64,000 nucleotides of DNA, taken from positions 33,668,001 through 33,732,000 of the forward strand of contig NC_087436.1 in the NCBI RefSeq assembly GCF_036321535.1, given 5' to 3'. Positions 1-13,806 of the stretch are shown piece by piece (positions within the stretch are counted from its first letter, which is position 1; every line of letters starts with the position of its first letter). The position numbers and the translations under genes are program-made. The notes beneath the pieces are model-generated. The model saw only the letters and a list, made by a program, of their open reading frames with translations. It searched no databases and was not told the DNA's origin. The stretch comes from Camelus dromedarius (lineage: Eukaryota).

Positions 1-371
1 CCTAATAGTCAGTGATTCACCAATCATAATCATGATTTACTATGATATTAAATACAGAAGGAGGAGTAAGTTTCAGCCAAAAAAAGAATTAATTTATGAA
101 TATATGGACATTGATATGGATGTGAAATATCCGTGGGAAATATCTAGGCAGATTTTTCGGGTCTCACTGTCAATTTCAGATCCCGTAAGTTCCTAGTTCT
201 ATTTTTCTTCAGTCCCATAATAAAATGAATTATATTTATTTTGCCCTGATAAAACTTTGGGCTAAGTTTTTAAGCTCATAAATTTAAAAGATCTGTCCAT
301 GCATCACAATCAACTGGACTTTAATTCTAGAATTTAATTCTGGAACTCTCTTCAGAAATTTTGATTTGGTA

Positions 372-462
372 GGTCTGATACATAGTAATCACTCAATAAA
401 TATTAATAAATAGGTAGAATAAAATATACTGGATGAATGGAAAAATATATGAATGAATGAAA
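372..462 (+). mobile_element. L2 LINE 3' end remnant
   Basis: TGATACATAGTAATCACTCAATAAATATT...GAATGAATGAA resembles the L2 3' terminus (CACATAGTAGGCACTCAATAAATATTTGTTGAATGAATG). Confidence 0.55.
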
Positions 463-529
463 TGACATAATGATATCTACAGATGTATTTATATTCTTAG
501 GGACAATAGTTACTTTGTGTGTATACATG

Positions 530-562
530 CACACACATACACACACACACATATACACACAC
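530..562. repeat. Imperfect (CA)n microsatellite
   Basis: cacacacatacacacacacacatatacacacac seen directly. Confidence 0.9.
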
Positions 563-2794
563 TAAGAGCTACTTTTCCCACACATTTTAAAATTAGCTTT
601 TTATTCCAAAAGAACAAGGGTTCTTATTGCCTTCATTGATGTCTGTGTTATGAGTTGTACCACAGAATCTTCCAACTTAACCAATTTTTGAAATTACCAA
701 TATTTACATCGAGATAGCATCATTACAGCTTATAACCTGAAGATACTGGCAATCCAACTGGCAAAGTTTGTGAGGCAAGTTCTAACTCAGTTAATCTCCT
801 CTCAATAACCATTATTGACGAGTTCTCACATAAATTCTCGTTTCTCTTTTCTTCCAAAATTATCTTGTCAACAGTAAAGGCAAGAAAAATATGAAAGAAC
901 AAAGCACTTCGATAAGTCCCAAAGATTCTGAAATGGTTTTTATCCCCTCTTGGTAGACACTTTCCATGCTCAGTACTTCTTTTTAGTAGCACATCTGACA
1001 CTGGACGTCTGACCTCTGCTACCCTAATAGCTGTTAATGGAAACCTCACCTCATGCAAAGATAAAATGGATTTTTGGCAGCTGTGAGAGATTATGAAGAG
1101 TAAGACCAATCTTAGTTGGAAGAAGAAGAAAAGAAAGCATCTGTACCTCGAACTACTCAGCTGTTTTTCATTATACATCAAGCCTACGTTTATTACAAAG
1201 GAGGGTAGCCAAGAGACAGACATTGATAGGTCTCCGCACTTAGAACAAGAAGGCCAGAACTTGATAAATTCTATTTTTCAACTTGACTAGAGTTCAAATG
1301 ACTCTCAAATCTGTTTGAATTAGATGGCATATATTTGGTAGATAAACTCAAGAAGACCTTTATTTTTGTCCTTATTTGACTGGTTTGCCTCTTATTTTTG
1401 AGTATAGTGAAATATTAGTTATTACAACTCATTAAAAGAAACAAATAGTTCTATAAATCTCTAATATTTTATAAATAACATGTATTTAAAATCAGTTTTA
1501 GAATATGCTTTATATATTTTAATATAGTTTTATTTGATGTCTTGGGAATTTACAATATGCCCAAAGAAAAAGTCTATATATATAGTCTTGACATAGGAAC
1601 AGCTTGATATGAACCTAATTTCCTCAAGTACAGAACATTTGCATTAGAATTTTTAGGATCACTTGTTATTTTGTTTTGTAATGTTTAATCTATACACTTA
1701 AGTGTTTGTAAGAGAAGTAAAATGCTAGGTTTTGTGATAAACATTTTCTAAAAGCACTAATGTAACTGTAGATTTAGAATAAGTAGTATTTTATAAGACT
1801 GGAGAAGGACAGGGGCATACAACCATATACGTAAATAAAGGTAATTAAAATAACACAGATCTATTTATATGACAAATTTGGGTTTAAAAGAATAACAGTT
1901 TCAGAAATTACATATTTGGAGAAATTTTTGTTTACTTTGAAAGAGCTGTAAGGGACAATGAGAACACAGAGTATCTTCTTATTTATGAAGAAAATTAATT
2001 TCAATTCAATAAAATTTAAATATATATATTTAAATATATATGCAACTTATATGCCAGGAATTGTACTGCATAAATATTGAGACAGATAATAGGACATGAC
2101 CTTTACCTTCAGTGATATTTTACAAAAGGTATTGAAGATATTGATATACTAAAGGATAAAGAGCTTCTATTTTTGTTTTGTTTTCCAGATATATATCATT
2201 CAACTATATGGATATGTCATAGTGTGCTTAATGTACACTATTGAGGTACTTTTTTTTTTTAAATGCTGCAATGCACAAGTTTTTAAACATATCCTATCCT
2301 TACATACCTGCTGGTATATTTGTATGATGGATTTTTTTTATGTGGAATCACTGAAGCAAAGGGTGCGTGTACATACAATGTCAATAGTATTACAGTTACT
2401 AGGGTTGCTCATCAATCAATATTCCTGTTCTTTCTCCAAGTACAAGATGAGACTGAACTTCTCCACCCTTTGAGGTCTCTAGCTACCTCGCCATTTCCTG
2501 AGAATAATCGTGTAGCATAAAGGCTTAACGCTCTTCATTACTGTAGGCCCTCAGCCTGTTCTGTTTCACATAGATAAATAATTCCAATCTGCCTTTCATA
2601 GGGGGTGTTTTGATATACACTCTTACTAGAACCAGTTTCTAAAATAATGTCCATTAAGTTTTTGCTTTTTTCTTTTGCCAGATTTTTAAAGTTGTATTAT
2701 AGTGGAGTTCTAATTTGCATTTTAATTATTACAAGTGAAATTAAATATATTTCTGTGTAATTCAGAGCCACTTATCTTTTTATATAAATTATGT

Positions 2795-3372
2795 GTTCAT
2801 TTTTCACTCATGCCAACAGATACTTTTGAACACTTATATGGCAACCATTGTTCTAGGAGCTACAGAAACTGGAAGTGAACAAAGAGAATATACTTTTGCT
2901 TAATTAAATTAATCATTCAAATGGGTATAGAAAAATAAGAAACAGATTAATAAAGTGAAGTATTTGAGATAGGGATTACTGCCATGAGAAAAAATAAAGC
3001 AGGGCAGAGAGAGATGTAGCTAATAGGATGAAGTTGATTTGCAGTGATAAAATGTAATCAGGAAACAGAACAAAAGGATGTGAGGTAGTGAGCAAGTGGA
3101 TATTGGGGAGGATATTCTAGAAAAGAGACAGCAAATACAAACCCCCCGACTAGAGTGCACTTGGTGCTAAAGGAGCGGCAAAGAATAGTGAGTCTAGACA
3201 AAATGGGTGAAGCAAGAGTATCAGGAGATGAGAGTGGAGGGAACAGCTCTGACCATACAAAGCCCTGGAATATCATCTTATGGGCTTTGGCTTTTGTGCC
3301 ACTGGAGATGAGTGAATAGAAAGGAAATATAACGTGATTTGTGTTTTAAAAGGATGATCCTGATGGTTGTGT
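2795..3372 (-). mobile_element. L2 LINE fragment
   Basis: Starts TTCATTTTTCACTCATGCCAACAGATACTTTTGAACACTTATATGGCAACCATTGTTCTAGG (antisense L2 tail). Purine-rich body ends GTGATTTGTGTTTTAAAAGGATGATCCTG. Confidence 0.8.
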
Positions 3373-3711
3373 TCATGTTCTCTGGATCACTGTTACTGTG
3401 GTTTTAACATTCCTTAAATAAATTTATAGACAGTGTGTATATATTAGAGAGAGAAGCCTTTGTAACATGCGTGGCATGCATTTTTTCTTACCTTATCACT
3501 TTGAACTTTCTAAAAAAAGTTTTTTACTGTTGTTTGTTACTTTATGACACAAGAGTTCTTTTTCAAGGTAACCAGTATTATCAAAATTGTGTTTTCTGAT
3601 TATTGGATTTAGTTAGAAATAGCTTCTTCAATCCAAAGTTACATATAGTCTCCTTGCTTCATTCTTATTAATCTATGGTTTCTTTCACTTTTTTAAACAT
3701 AAAAATATGTT

Positions 3712-4676
3712 TCATCAAAAAGAAACAAACAACCCTATTAAAAATGGGTAGAAGAACTAAACAGACATTTTTCCAAAGAAGACATACAGATGACCAACAG
3801 GCACATGAAAAAATGCTCAACATCACTAATCAGAGAAATGCAAATCAAAACCACATTGAGATTACCTCACATCTGTCAACATGGCTATCATCAGAAAGTC
3901 TACAAATAACACGTTTGCAAGGATGAGGAGAAAAGAGGACCCTCCTACACTATGTTCGGATTGTAAATTGGTGCAGCCACTATGGAAAACATTATGGAAG
4001 TACCTCAAAAAACTAAAAACAGAATTATTATATGATACAACAATTCCATTGCTGGGTATATAACTGAAGAAAATGAAAACAATAGTTCAAAAAGATGCAT
4101 GCACCCTAGTATTCATAGCACATAGCAGCAGCATTTACAATATTCAAGAAATGGAAGCTACCTTAGTGTCCATAAAAATATATATATATATATATATCAT
4201 ATACATATACACACACATACACACACAATGAAACATTACTCAACCATAAAAAGTGAAATTCTGCCATTTGAAACAATGCAGATGCACCTAGAGGGTGTGA
4301 TGTTTAGCAAAATAAATCAAAGAAAGATGAATATATGTTACCATTTACAAGTAGAATCTAAAAAATGAAACAAAGGAATATATATAACAAAACAGAAAAA
4401 GACTCAAACATAATAGAAAACAAACTAGCGGTTACCACTGGGGAGAGGAAAGGGAGTAGGGGCAAGATAGGGGTATGACATTAAGCTATCCGAACTACTG
4501 TAAGTAAGAACAAGGGTACATAAGTAAGAACAAGGGTATACTGACAGTGCAAAGAACTATAGCCATTATTTTGTACTAACTGTAAATGGAATATAATCTA
4601 TAAAAATATTAAATCACTATGTTGCATACTTGAAATTAATATAATATTATAAATCAACTATACTTCACTTAAAAAA
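3712..4676 (+). mobile_element. 5'-truncated LINE-1 (ORF2 C-terminus + 3'UTR)
   Basis: Encodes [33 protein letters not shown] (L1 ORF2p C-terminal motif). G-rich 3'UTR ends AAATCAACTATACTTCACTTAAAAAA. Confidence 0.95.
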
Positions 4677-5859
4677 TCTTTGGTTCAACTAGAATTCATC
4701 CTTCTATCGATCTGTCTTAACTGCTTCTTTACAGATTATTTTTCAGTTGATATAACAATTTTTATGCAGTTTTATGAAAGGGGCAATATATTTCCTACTT
4801 GCTTTTGAAGATGTCTTTTATCATAGACTAAAGTCCTGTTTATATAAAGATCACTGCTGAACTTTGTCTTCTGTTCCATTCATCTGTTTAAGCAAACACT
4901 AATACTAATTTAATAATTGAGATTTTACAGTATGTTCTAATAGATAGGATGTTTTATCTTCCTTTATTACACTATTACTTTTATTTCCTAAATTTTTATT
5001 TCCACAAAAAACCACTTCAGAACTGATTTGTCTAGTTCAAGGAAATACATATATTTATATGTTTATTGGGATCATATTAAATTTATAACACATTTGGGAA
5101 GATGTATGCAATTATGATATTGAATATTCTATCCATGATTATATTTGTCATTTTTTTAAGTCTTTTGTGAATGCCAAAGAATTCAAGTTTGTTACAAATT
5201 TCTCCCTTCTAATTATTTATGTTTAGATATACATTGTATAACAATTATAAATAGGATTATTTATTCCATTATATCTTCTAATTTGTGTTAGTTTATACCC
5301 ACAGAATCCACTTATTCAAATTTGCATCAATTTTTCATTGTTTGCTGTTTTGTTACATTACTGTTAATTATGCTTGGGTTTTCCACATATATAGTCATAT
5401 CATCTGAGTATAGTGATAGCTATCTGTTTTCCAATTTTATGATGTTTAGTTTCTTAACTTGCCTGATCTCACTGAATAATTTTCAAATACAGTATCAAGT
5501 AAATGGGAGCCTGTCATGGTCTCATACCTGACCGTGTTGCAGATGTGTCTACTTGTCCCCATTAGGCACGATGGTAGTGTTTGTGTATAAATACATATAT
5601 TTGATCATGTTAAGGAGGTATCTATTTCTTTTTAATATCTTTCTATACAGAATGGATGCTGAATTTTGTTAAATTTATTCAATATCTCTGATTTTATTTA
5701 AAATTCTAATATATTTGAAGAGTATCAATTAATATTGTACCATACTTACATTCTCACAATGAACTCATTTTAAAAAATTGTACCTGGACACTGTTAATAT
5801 CTTAGGATTTTTTGATTAATATTTATAACTAAAATAGCTCTATAATCTTACTGAATTAT

Positions 5860-8700
5860 GAAGGATTTTATTTGTTGGTAGACATTCAGGTTGATTATAA
5901 GTTTAGACTCCTATGAATAATGCTGCTGTGAATATCCATATACAAGTGTTTACATGGGTATTTGTTCAGATTTTCCCAGTTATATACATAGAAGTGGAAG
6001 TTTGCTGGGTCATATGGTAACTTTATGTTCAACTTTCTGAGGAACTGCCCAACTGTTTTCCAGCCTTAGAGCCTCATTTTGTCTGTTAACAGTATAGCCA
6101 TTCTGGCTTTGTTTTACTAGTTGCACAGTATGTCATTTTCCAAATTTTATTTCACCTTATTCGTGCTTTTGAATGTAAAGTGAGTCCCTTTTACGCAGCA
6201 TATAAAGTTTTTAAAAAATATGATCCAAATGTATCAATTTCTATCTTTTGAATGAAATGTTTAATTCTTTTATATTAGTGTCATTAATGATCATTTAGAA
6301 TTCAGGTCTGATTTTGCTGTTTTCTGTATCTCTTATGCTTTTTAATCTATCTATTCTTTCATTGCTGCCACATTTTGAGTTAAATTAATAATAGACAATA
6401 GGTAATGTACTATTTTAATTCATGTATTTTGTTTCTTTTACTATAATTTAAAATTTATTAAAATTGTTAGTGGTTGACCTGGAGATTACAATTAACATCT
6501 AATTTATAGCAATCTAGTTCAGAGTAGTGCCAACCTAATTTTATTTATTTTTTTTAAATTGAAGTATAGTGGATTTACAAGGTTGTGTTAGTTTCTGCTG
6601 TACAGCATAGTGAACATATATATATTTCTCTCCTATTATATTTCATTATAGGCTATTAAAAATATTAAATATACTAGCCTGTGCTATACAGGACCTTGTT
6701 TACCAAACTAATTTTAATACTGTGCTAAAACATTACTCTCATATAGCTTCATTCCTACCCTCTTCTTTGTTATATTGTATCAAGTATCATCTTACACATT
6801 GCATATACAGTGCTTTATATGCCATTTCCATCATCACAGATTTATAATTATTTCATCATGTAGGTATCTTTTAAATAAGGTAAGAGAAAAAAAATGTTGC
6901 AAGCTAAACATACATTAATACTGTCTGTTATGTTTACTTCTGTAGTTACCTTTATCAGTATTTTTTCTTTTTTTCATTTGGATGTTATTTTCTAGTGCTG
7001 TTTCATTTCAAAAATGAAAATAAAAACTCCTTGTGGTATTTATTGTAGGTAACATTTGATAAACAAAGCTGAGAGAATTCAACTCTATCTGGGAATTTCT
7101 TAATTTATACTTCATTTTGAAGGATAACAGAGAACCCTATACTCAGCAAAGTTGACAGTCTCCTTTTCTTCAGCACTTTGAATGTCATCACACAATGGTT
7201 TCTGATTTTGTTTATCTCGGGGAGGTTCTCTTGTAAGCAATGGGTTGTTTTTCTCTGTAGCTTTCAAGATTGTCTTTCAACATTTTGGTTATATTTCTAT
7301 GCATGTATCTTTTTGAATTTATCTTTCTTGTGTGCTGAGATCTATAGGTGTTTAGATTAATGTTTTTCATCATTTTAGAAGAAGTTTTTAGCCATTACTT
7401 TTTCCAAGATTATGTCTGCCCCCCCCCTTGCCACTACTGTTGGGGTCTCATTTTATACATACTGGTACATTTTATTATATCCCGTAAGTCTGAAATTGTG
7501 CTCATTTTTCATTTTTCTTTCTGCTCCTCAGGTTGGATAATCTCAGTTGATCTATGTTCACTTTTTTCCTTTGATTCTTTTTCTGCCTGCTCAAATCTAC
7601 TATTGACCAACTGCAGTGGATTTGACTTATCATACTGTACAATTTCAAAATTTATATTATAGCCTTTATTATAATTTCTATCTCTTTATTAATAACCTGT
7701 TGATGAGACATTGTTCTCATACTTCCCTGTAGTTCTTTAGACAGGGTTTCCTTTGGTTCTTTCAAAATAGGTAAAATAGCTGATTTAAAGTCTGTGTAGT
7801 TTCTGGGTTTCCTCAAGGACAGTATCTATGAACTATTTGTTTCCAGTGTCTTTGCCATACTGTTTCTTTGAATGTTTTATAATTTTTTGGTAAAAAATGA
7901 ATTTTTTGAATAATGTATTTTGGCATCTCTGCAAATGAGATGTTACACCTCTCAAGTTTATAGTTGTTCCTGTTTGGTGTCGTTGTTGCTGTTCATTTGG
8001 GGACTTCCCTGAACTAATTCTGTGAAGTATATATTCTTTGCCATGTGTGACTAGTGATGTCCCTGGCTAGTTTGCTTAGGATCAGTTAATGACTCACTAG
8101 AGATTTCCTTAGATGTCCAGAACCAGTCAGTCTTCCAGTTTTTGCCAAAGGGTTCTGTGTACACAGTGGCACAGATCTTCAGCACTCAGCCCAGTGGTGT
8201 CCAACTGTGCCTTAGCCTTCACTTCCTGTTTTCACACAGCTCCACAGTTTCCCTGGCCATGTGCAGAGCCCCAGGCATTTGTGTGACTCTAGATTTCCAG
8301 GAACCTGCTGAAGTCTTTTTAAAGCCCCTGCTGAAGATCTTTTTGACTAATATCCCTAGGAAGAAGGCCACTCTTATTAAACAATCTCTGGATCAGATCA
8401 AACAAAGACAAGCTCTGTGAGTAGGGTTTTCCAAAGTTTCTAGAAAGGTCAAATGATGGCAGTACTCTGGGAATGGGGTTTTGTAACAATTTCAATCCTA
8501 TTTTAACTTCTTCAGTGGTTGCAAGACTGCTGATTTTCACCAAGATTGCAGAACTTTGAAATCCTTTCTTGAAGTTTGGAGAAGGTGATGAGAAATGGGC
8601 AAGTTAAAATGCCCCAAAGCTCATCCTTGCCAAGATTAATCTTTTTTTTTTTTTGTACGAATCATTCCCAGATTGTTGTAAATCTTTTCATTAGTTGAGT
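5860..8700 (-). mobile_element. Old LINE-1 pieces (ORF2 3' fragment, then inter-ORF/ORF1/5' region)
   Basis: Antisense L1 motifs ATGAATAATGCTGCTGTGAATATCC and GCTGGGTCATATGGTAACTTTATG (5910-6030), and ORF1-like CTTCATTTTGAAGGATA...CTTCAGCACTTTGAATG (7110-7185). Confidence 0.7.
6544..6702 (-). mobile_element. Short L1 3' end insertion with target-site duplication
   Basis: T-rich tail + AATTGAAGTATAGTGGATTTACAAGGTTGTGTTAGTTTCTGCTGTACAGCA. Flanked by CCAACCTAATTTTA (6530-6543) and CCAAACTAATTTTA (6703-6716). Confidence 0.9.
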
Positions 8701-10400
8701 CATAACTTTCATATTTTTTGATAATACAGATTTTCTGTATTTCAAACAAAGTAGTTTATTTTTCTTTTCTATGTTTCAGATTTTGTTACTAAATTGTCTC
8801 TTTCCTTTCTGTGTCTGTGTGTGTAGTTCTGATATTTTGGAAGTTCTATAATTTTGTTCCAGTGATTACTTCTAGATGTACAACTTTATATAAATTTATT
8901 TTCTACTCCATTTCTTTCATCAACATTTACTAATTCCTTACTATGGGTGTAATTATATATTTTTGTACAGTCTTTGTTTTTCCTTTTTTCCTCCCAGCAG
9001 AATTTAGGCAAAGGTAATGTATTTCAAGTTTTATCTTTGTAATGTGATATACTATAGTAAGCCATCTTATACTATTTTGTATTCTATTATTTCTCCAGGC
9101 TTCATTTTTTTTCACATATAAATTTTTAATTTGTATCAGTTTTACATTGATATTTTATTTTTACATTGTCCTCTGTGTCTCTTCTCCCAAACTTATAGTT
9201 TATTACTAATTATATTCCAGCTCACTACCAGTGCTTTACTATAATTTCCCAGTTATTATTCTGTTGGCTGAGGTATATCCTCCATTTTTTTTCAAACAAA
9301 GTTCAGGGAAACAACATCCCCTGAAATCTTGCATGTTCAAATTTCTCTTTAGTTTTGATACTTGAAAGGCATTTTGTCTGAATTAAAATGTTTGTTTCAC
9401 ACTTTCTTTGAACGTTTTTAAAATGTTTATTTACCTCACTGATTTCAGTTATTGGATTTTAGTGTAGAGAAATTTGAGGCCATCATTATTTTATTTCTTA
9501 TTTATAAGTTATTTTTAGCCTACCTTTGTAGAGAGGATAATTTGTTTAGTTTTGAAATCCAGTACTTTACCAAATTTTTCTCAATGATGACAATATGAAT
9601 CAATTTTTGTGGTATACAGTACACCTTAAAGACTCATTCTCTTATTTGGAGATTGTTTTTCATATTCAAATAATTAAATATTTGTTCTGTTAACATAATT
9701 TTGGTTTTCTTTTTGAAGAATAAAAATACACATATAATGGAACATCTTGCCTGCCTCTGCTATCTATTTTTTTCTCACTAATTCAAAAACTGCTTTTTAA
9801 AAATCTAGTTCAGTTGCACCTAATTTTCTTAATTGTACTTTCTCGATCCTTTTTTTCCCTGCAGTGTCTCTTTAGTCTTGTGTGTATTCTATTTTTATGT
9901 TTATCTGTGACTTAAAAAAAAATCCTTCTGGCTAGGTTGTGTTTCATCACCTTCTCACATCTCATTAGGGGTTCTCCTGAGTATTTATGTTTTTATCTTA
10001 GGGTTTTTTCTTCCTATAGGCTTGTATGCAGTTATTTTAATGCATTTATTTTTTTCAATGTTCACCTGTTTAATGGCAATATTGTTCTAACTAGTCTTCT
10101 TTGGTAATATATTTTTCTCCTCGTTTCTTTTTTCTTATTACATATATTTTTATGCATTCTGTTGATTTGATTTTGATTTTCAGTTACAGCATATTTTGGT
10201 GCCTTGCAACCTGCTATTTTAAGAACTTTCTGTTGTGAGGACTTGTCAGGGTAGTATTACAAGATAATTGTTTTCCTTAACTTCAAATCCTTCTTCTTGG
10301 CTGCCACAAAAGTAATTCCTGCAAATATTGCTCTGTGAATGATTTTTTTTTTCTTTTTGGTAGCTCTGACTCTTCTGTTTCCTTAGAACTAAATCAAGGG
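8700..10400 (-). mobile_element. Highly decayed LINE-1 (ORF1-region-like)
   Basis: T-rich, with weak antisense ORF1-like motifs (TACTTGAAAGGCATTTTGTCTGAATTAAAAT; GTAGAGAAATTTGAGGCCA). Confidence 0.45.
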
Positions 10401-11214
10401 GTTTTCTGACATTGCCCATTGCCTCAGATTTCAACACTTTTGCCCCTCAGTTGTGACCCACAGCTTTAGATATGTGTTTGAATTTTGACACTGTATCCCA
10501 TTCATCTCTGCTTTCCTCCATTTACGTTTCTTACTAGATGGTATATGCATGAACTTGCCTTCACCAGTCCTTATCAAAGTTTAGCCATGTTTTCTAATTT
10601 TCAGAAAAATGGAGTTTGAATTTTTGTCTTCCTCTTCTTCCATTTAGATTATTTTTTTGAAAAGAGATACAGAATGCCTCAGTTTGCCCAGCCATATTTA
10701 TATTGGGAATCTCAGATTGGCATTTACTTATTAACTAATGCTTGTATGGAAATGAAGGAAGCTAACATTCCAACATTTATATTTTTATTTTTCCATCTAA
10801 ACAAAAGTCAGGAACTTTTTTAGGAATAAAAACACAGAGCTAATAAGATTTCCAACATTTAAGAACCAGCAAATTATAGCTTATTGTAATTTTATAAGAC
10901 ATAAGACTTTAGATTCTTTCCTGACCAGTTATAAATTAGTTTCAAAACATGAGCTGAAGTTATTAAACTGGAATTCTTCAGCATAAGTTCACAATTTACA
11001 GTGAGTTTGCAATTTTAATGTGATTAAAATGCTAGTGGATGAGTTTCATATTAAAATTCTGTCTAGAAATGTAAAATTGTTTTAAATGAGACCTGACCAA
11101 CCAATTTAACTACTCTATGGTCACCTCATCTATTCTGAGTCACCACATCCAGCAATTCACAATAAAATTTATCAAATAAAAACAAACTTCAATAAAAGCT
11201 AAGAGATTACATAC

Positions 11215-11352
11215 TTGTTCATTTATTCATTCATTACTCATTCATCATTCATTTATTTATTCAACACACCATTTTATATAATCCATTATATGTTGCTGAT
11301 TGAGATACCCACGTCCCAGCCCTTGAAGAGCTTATAATCTATTGGGAAGACA
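11215..11352 (-). mobile_element. L2 3' end remnant
   Basis: (TTCA)n-like run followed by CCCAGCCCTTGAAGAGCTTATAATCTATTGGGAAGACA. Confidence 0.7.
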
Positions 11353-11462
11353 ATACGGTAAAAATTTAAATATTTTTTCTTTAATCGCTTTTATTAAATA
11401 AACGTTTAAGAAAGAAAAAAAGATCAACTTAAAGAAGTGTATAAAATTAATTTTGCGGGGGT

Positions 11463-12158
11463 AAACCCTCCTACACTGTTTGTGGCAATGTAATCTGATG
11501 CAGCAACTACGGAAAACAGTAATGGAGATGGCTTTAAAAGAAAAACTAAACTAAAAACAGAGTTACCTTATGATCCAGCAATTCTACTCCTGGACATACA
11601 TCCAGAGAAAACTTTAATTTAAAAAGACACATGCAACCCAATGTTCATAACAACACTGTTTACAATAGCAAAGATACGGAAGCAACCTAAATGTTCATCA
11701 ACAGATAACTTGATAAAGAAGTTGTGGTGTGTGTGTATATATATGAAATAACGCCATGTGCAGCAACATGGATGGACCTAGAGATTATCATACTAAGTGA
11801 AGTAAGCCAGAAAGAGAAAGACAAATACCATATGATATCACTTCTATGTGCAATGTAAAAAATGACACAAATGAACTTATTTACAAAACAGACTCACAGA
11901 CATAAACTTGTGATAACTAAAGGGGAAAAGGGAGGGGTAGATAAATTAGGAGTTTGTGATTAGCAGATACAAATTACTATACACAAAATAGATAAACAAA
12001 AAGGCCCTACTGTATAGCACAGGGAACTATATTCAATAGCTTGTAATAACCTATAATGAAAATAAATATAAAAAAGAATATATATACACATATATATGAA
12101 AAACTGAAGCCGTACTCCAGAAACTAATACATTATAAATCAAGTATACCTCAAAAAAA
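11463..12158 (+). mobile_element. 5'-truncated LINE-1 3' end
   Basis: CCCTCCTACACTG...TATGATCCAGCAATTCTACTCCTGG...GCAACATGGATGGACCTAGAGATTATCATACTAAGTGAAG...AAGTATACCTCAAAAAAA. Confidence 0.95.
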
Positions 12159-12701
12159 CCCTACTTATTTCTTTTCAACTTTATTCTTATCCTTTATGAA
12201 AGAAAGGATGAAATTAATAAATTTTTGTTTGAAGTTCTTTTATTTTTTAGGACAGAAAACAGTAAAATAAAAGCCGTGGAAAATAATAGTATTCAAAAAT
12301 AACTTAATCAAAACAAGCTAGGAATTTTATCTACAGAATTTGAAAACAAAGTTTGATAAGGGATAGTTTTCTATTATTTGTATGTTTTGGTCAACTTTTC
12401 AATATTTCCTATTCTAAATATTTATAACTTCAAAAACAACTTATTTTTCTAAACACTATCTGTAGAAAGTATTATATGTCAAAGATTAAGGTTTATATGT
12501 AAACTAAACAAGTGCCAATTTAATATTAAGTTTAATACTGTATTTTTTTAGTTTTAGTTTATTCCATAAAATCCATCTTTTCTACCAATAAGTACTCAAC
12601 AGAATAACACACACTGTTTTCAAATCAGGTTTATTTTGCTGTTATAAAATGGTATGTAGATTATCCTAATTATATTTGTGGCATGATTACCAGTATCACA
12701 T

Positions 12702-12938
12702 AGTAATTACGATTTACTGAGTGTATGTTCTGTGCCAAGCATTATACTAAGCACTCACCACTCATTTCTCTTTTAAACTCCCTATGAAATAGGAAGTGCT
12801 ATTTTATCCATTTATAGAAAAGAAACAGGATTATTAATGATGCTTACTTTACCCTAGATGACAATGTGGAAGAGGTAAAGAGATTATTTCAACCCAAATT
12901 GTCTGACTCGAGAATTTGCCCACCTAACACTATGATAC
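12702..12938 (-). mobile_element. MIR SINE
   Basis: ATTTACTGAGTGTATGTTCTGTGCCAAGCA...CCCTATGAAATAGG...ATCCATTTATAGAAAAGAAACAG...TGTCTGACTC matches antisense MIR including the core. Confidence 0.75.
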
Positions 12939-13806
12939 ACCACTTATTGTATCAGTATCTTTAGCTGCCCATATGAATTAAATTGGCCACTATATAAAAG
13001 GAAACTGCAATGTATTTATTGCTATTTTGTGGACACAGGAGGAGTTATCACCAATTAGCCCTCAGTAATCTCACTCAGTTTCCTACGGCAGAATACGTTC
13101 GTGCCCTAAGTATCCTCTCATTTGGGGTGGCAGAGGGCAGTACTGATGGCTTCTTTATTAATGGCTTTTTTTTTTTTTTTTTAACTACAGCTTGGCTGTG
13201 TGGTCCTCAACTCTACTTTCCACGTTATGTTGAAAGTCTCAGAGTATGAGGCGTGAACAGTGTAGCTGTAGTATATCAACATGAGCTCAAGTTTGAGTAA
13301 GATACTGAATTTTTTAGTGCACAATTATTTCAAGTTAAAAATCAAAATAAGGTCATATTGTCTTTCAAGTTGCCTGTCTTCCAGTATCATTACCTGGAAA
13401 AAAGCTGGCTCTTCATTAGCATATTTTTTTCTCACCATGTAATGGTGAGTTAGAAGCCTAAATAATGTAGATTCTTACCTAAGTGGAAAAAAAAATTAAC
13501 TAATATTAACTTTTTTTCCCAAACACAAGTCACAAATATTTATTTTTCATTTTAAAGCAAAATGTATTTAATACACAAAGATAAAAGGATTAAGAATTAG
13601 GTTTATTTCCTATTTTCCAGGAAAAGTCAATCTTAACAATATTCTTTAGGACTTTCCCCATAATGTGGGATTATTTGTTTTCCTTTTTACTTATTCCAAA
13701 CGACTCTGCACTCCAGTAGCACAAGAAGAAAGGGGAAAAAGAAATCACAACTGTAAGTGCAAATGATCAGCCAAATAACTACTGTACTGTACCTAGGTGT
13801 GAATAG

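Larger units (their letters stand above)
2590..5830 (-). mobile_element. Very old LINE-1 ORF2 remnant (L1ME-like age), interrupted by an L2 and a younger L1
   Basis: Degenerate antisense L1 motifs such as CTAATTTGCATTTTAATTATTACAAGTG (~2710), TCTTCTGTTCCATTCATCTGTT (~4868) and GAATGGATGCTGAATTTTGTTAAAT (~5650), collinear across the insertions. Confidence 0.6.

Noticed and set aside
723..1223. Longest ORF in the track (166 aa, minus strand)
   Set aside because: No recognisable domain, includes a low-complexity FLFFFF stretch from a purine tract, and has no supportable gene context. Not called as CDS.
2014..2035. Perfect 22-bp palindrome ATTTAAATATATATATTTAAAT
   Set aside because: Pure AT low complexity centred on (TA)n, expected by chance.
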